A DNA stretch of 47,999 nt from an uncultured Thermotogae bacterium (lineage in GTDB: Bacteria; Bipolaricaulota; Bipolaricaulia; UBA7950; UBA9294): NCBI GenBank assembly GCA_964355545.1, contig CAYHEK010000002.1, positions 1-47,999 of the forward strand, written 5' to 3'. The notes beneath the pieces are model-generated. The model was not told the origin of the DNA, made no database searches, and worked only from the letters and a program-made list of their open reading frames with translations. This document shows, in pieces, positions 46,712-47,999 of the stretch (position 1 is the stretch's first letter; the number at the start of each line of letters is the position of its first letter). Made by a program: the position numbers and the translations under genes.

Positions 46712-47836
46712 CTACACCTTGCGTCCCTTCGCCGCGGCGAGGGCCTGGGAGACCTTCGCAAGGCCCGTCTTCAAGTCTTCTTGGGATGGCCAGCCGTAGC
46801 CGACGCGGAAGTGGCGGTCGTCCTGCTCGAACCAGTGGCCCGGCCCGACGAAGGTTCGGTAGAGGTCGCGCAGGAGCCGGTAGAAGCGCGGAAGGTCAAG
46901 AGATACCTCCGGTTTGATCCGTGGGAAAGCGACCGCCCCGCCCCGCGGCGCGACGTACTCGAGGTCCTCCTGATGTGCCATCCATTCGGAGACGAGCGCC
47001 GCGCCTTCCTCGACGCTCCTGCGCGCGAGGGCGAGGAGGGCCTCCTTCTTCGCAAGGACGCGTTGGGCGACCGCCTCGTCGAGGATCGAGTTACAAATGT
47101 CGATCTGCTCCTTCGTGGCGAGGAAGGAGTTGAGGAGGGCGCGGTCCTGGCAGGCGATCCAGCCGATGCGGATCCCGGGGAGGCCGTAGGTCTTGGAGAG
47201 CGTGGAGACGCTGATCGCGCGTTTGCTCAGGGAGGCGGCGGTTGGGAGCCTGCCGCCGAAGGAGAGCTCGCGGTAGGTCTCATCGAGGATGAGGATGGAG
47301 CCAGTTGCCTCCACGAGTTTGATCACCGCCTCCAGGGTTTCCGCGGGGATCATCGCACCGGTCGGGTTGTGCGGATAAGTCAGGCTGACGAGCCGCGTCG
47401 TCTTGTTCACCGCTCGCGCGAGGCGATCGAGGTCAAGCTCGTAGCGCTCGGCGAAGGCCAACGGGAGAAGCTCGACCCGCGAGCCCAGGGAGCGCGGGAC
47501 CTCGTAGTTTGAGGGATAGTTGGGGTGGAGGACGACCACCTCATCCCCTGGTTTGAGGAGCGTGGCCGCGGTGACGAAGAGGGCCTGCGCCGCGCCGTTT
47601 GTCACGAGGACCTGATCGGCACTGAGGCCAGGGTAGTCCGCGGCGATCTCCTCGCGCAGGTCGGGCCGGCCGTGGTGGTGCCCGTAGGCGAGGGGGATCC
47701 CCTCGAGGTCAAGGTCGAGGTCGAGTTCGGCCAGGGTGCGGTCGCAGACCGCGCTTTCGCTCAAGTTGTAGGCGATCGCGTCGTAGCCGTACTCCTCGGG
47801 GGACTCCTCTTCGATCGCCATGCGCCGAAACCACAT
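46712..47836 (-). CDS. Class I/II PLP-dependent aminotransferase-family protein
   Basis: NLSES, VTNGA, PNY, PHNPTG, DETY, SKTYGLPGIRIGW, FRVGYG; GGAGGTG SD. Confidence 0.88.
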   Translation of the reverse strand: MWFRRMAIEEESPEEYGYDAIAYNLSESAVCDRTLAELDLDLDLEGIPLAYGHHHGRPDLREEIAADYPGLSADQVLVTNGAAQALFVTAATLLKPGDEVVVLHPNYPSNYEVPRSLGSRVELLPLAFAERYELDLDRLARAVNKTTRLVSLTYPHNPTGAMIPAETLEAVIKLVEATGSILILDETYRELSFGGRLPTAASLSKRAISVSTLSKTYGLPGIRIGWIACQDRALLNSFLATKEQIDICNSILDEAVAQRVLAKKEALLALARRSVEEGAALVSEWMAHQEDLEYVAPRGGAVAFPRIKPEVSLDLPRFYRLLRDLYRTFVGPGHWFEQDDRHFRVGYGWPSQEDLKTGLAKVSQALAAAKGRKV

Positions 47837-47886
47837 GAGTAGCTCACCTCCACGTGTCTGTCGTGCCGTGCGAAGAGCGGCTCCCT

Positions 47887-47915
47887 ATCTTATCGGCGGA
47901 CGGATGGGTGACCAA
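47887..47915 (-). promoter_or_regulatory. Probable promoter of the aminotransferase-gcvPA-gcvPB-kinase-SDR operon
   Basis: TTGGTC-17 nt-TAAGAT on the - strand, about 50 nt upstream of ATG 47836. Confidence 0.55.
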
Positions 47916-47999
47916 GTCGCGGTCGGAATCCCACCTGCGAATCGAGCCGCCTACCACTTCTTGAAGACGAAGAAGACCGCAGCGAGGATCGCAAGTCAC

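Noticed and set aside
47951-47999. Possible C-terminus of a membrane protein on the - strand (LAILAAVFFVFKKW-stop)
   Set aside because: An in-frame TGA lies immediately before it at the window edge, so it cannot be supported from this window.

Overview
GC-rich, densely coding bacterial chromosomal window with about 45 genes. I found no rRNA, tRNA, CRISPR array or mobile element. The gene mix (DUF4384 and TatT-like secreted proteins, orphan beta-barrel proteins, tungsten-type aldehyde oxidoreductase) suggests an anaerobic diderm, possibly Bipolaricaulota/Acetothermia; this is inference only. The left 30 kb is mostly housekeeping: coaD, an isocitrate/homoisocitrate-type dehydrogenase with PrpD, mutY, AOR, gyrB, murE, coaE, a YcaQ-like glycosylase, a YghO/bCerS-like GNAT, nadE, CIRCE-controlled hsp20, yidD, a three-subunit Stn/NfnABC-type electron-bifurcating transhydrogenase, dinB and an NTPase. 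The right 17.5 kb is an amino-acid/amine catabolic region of convergent operons. On the + strand are split LKR and saccharopine dehydrogenase genes, a GabT-like transaminase, an amidase, a Liv-type ABC transporter and an alpha-amino-epsilon-caprolactam-racemase-like enzyme. On the - strand are a PLP aminotransferase, a strongly divergent GcvPA/GcvPB pair with no gcvT/gcvH, an AcoX/NAD-kinase-like protein and an SDR. The divergent GcvP operon and the racemase/amidase/transporter cluster are the best candidates for an undescribed system. All family calls come from motif recognition by eye; no searches were run.
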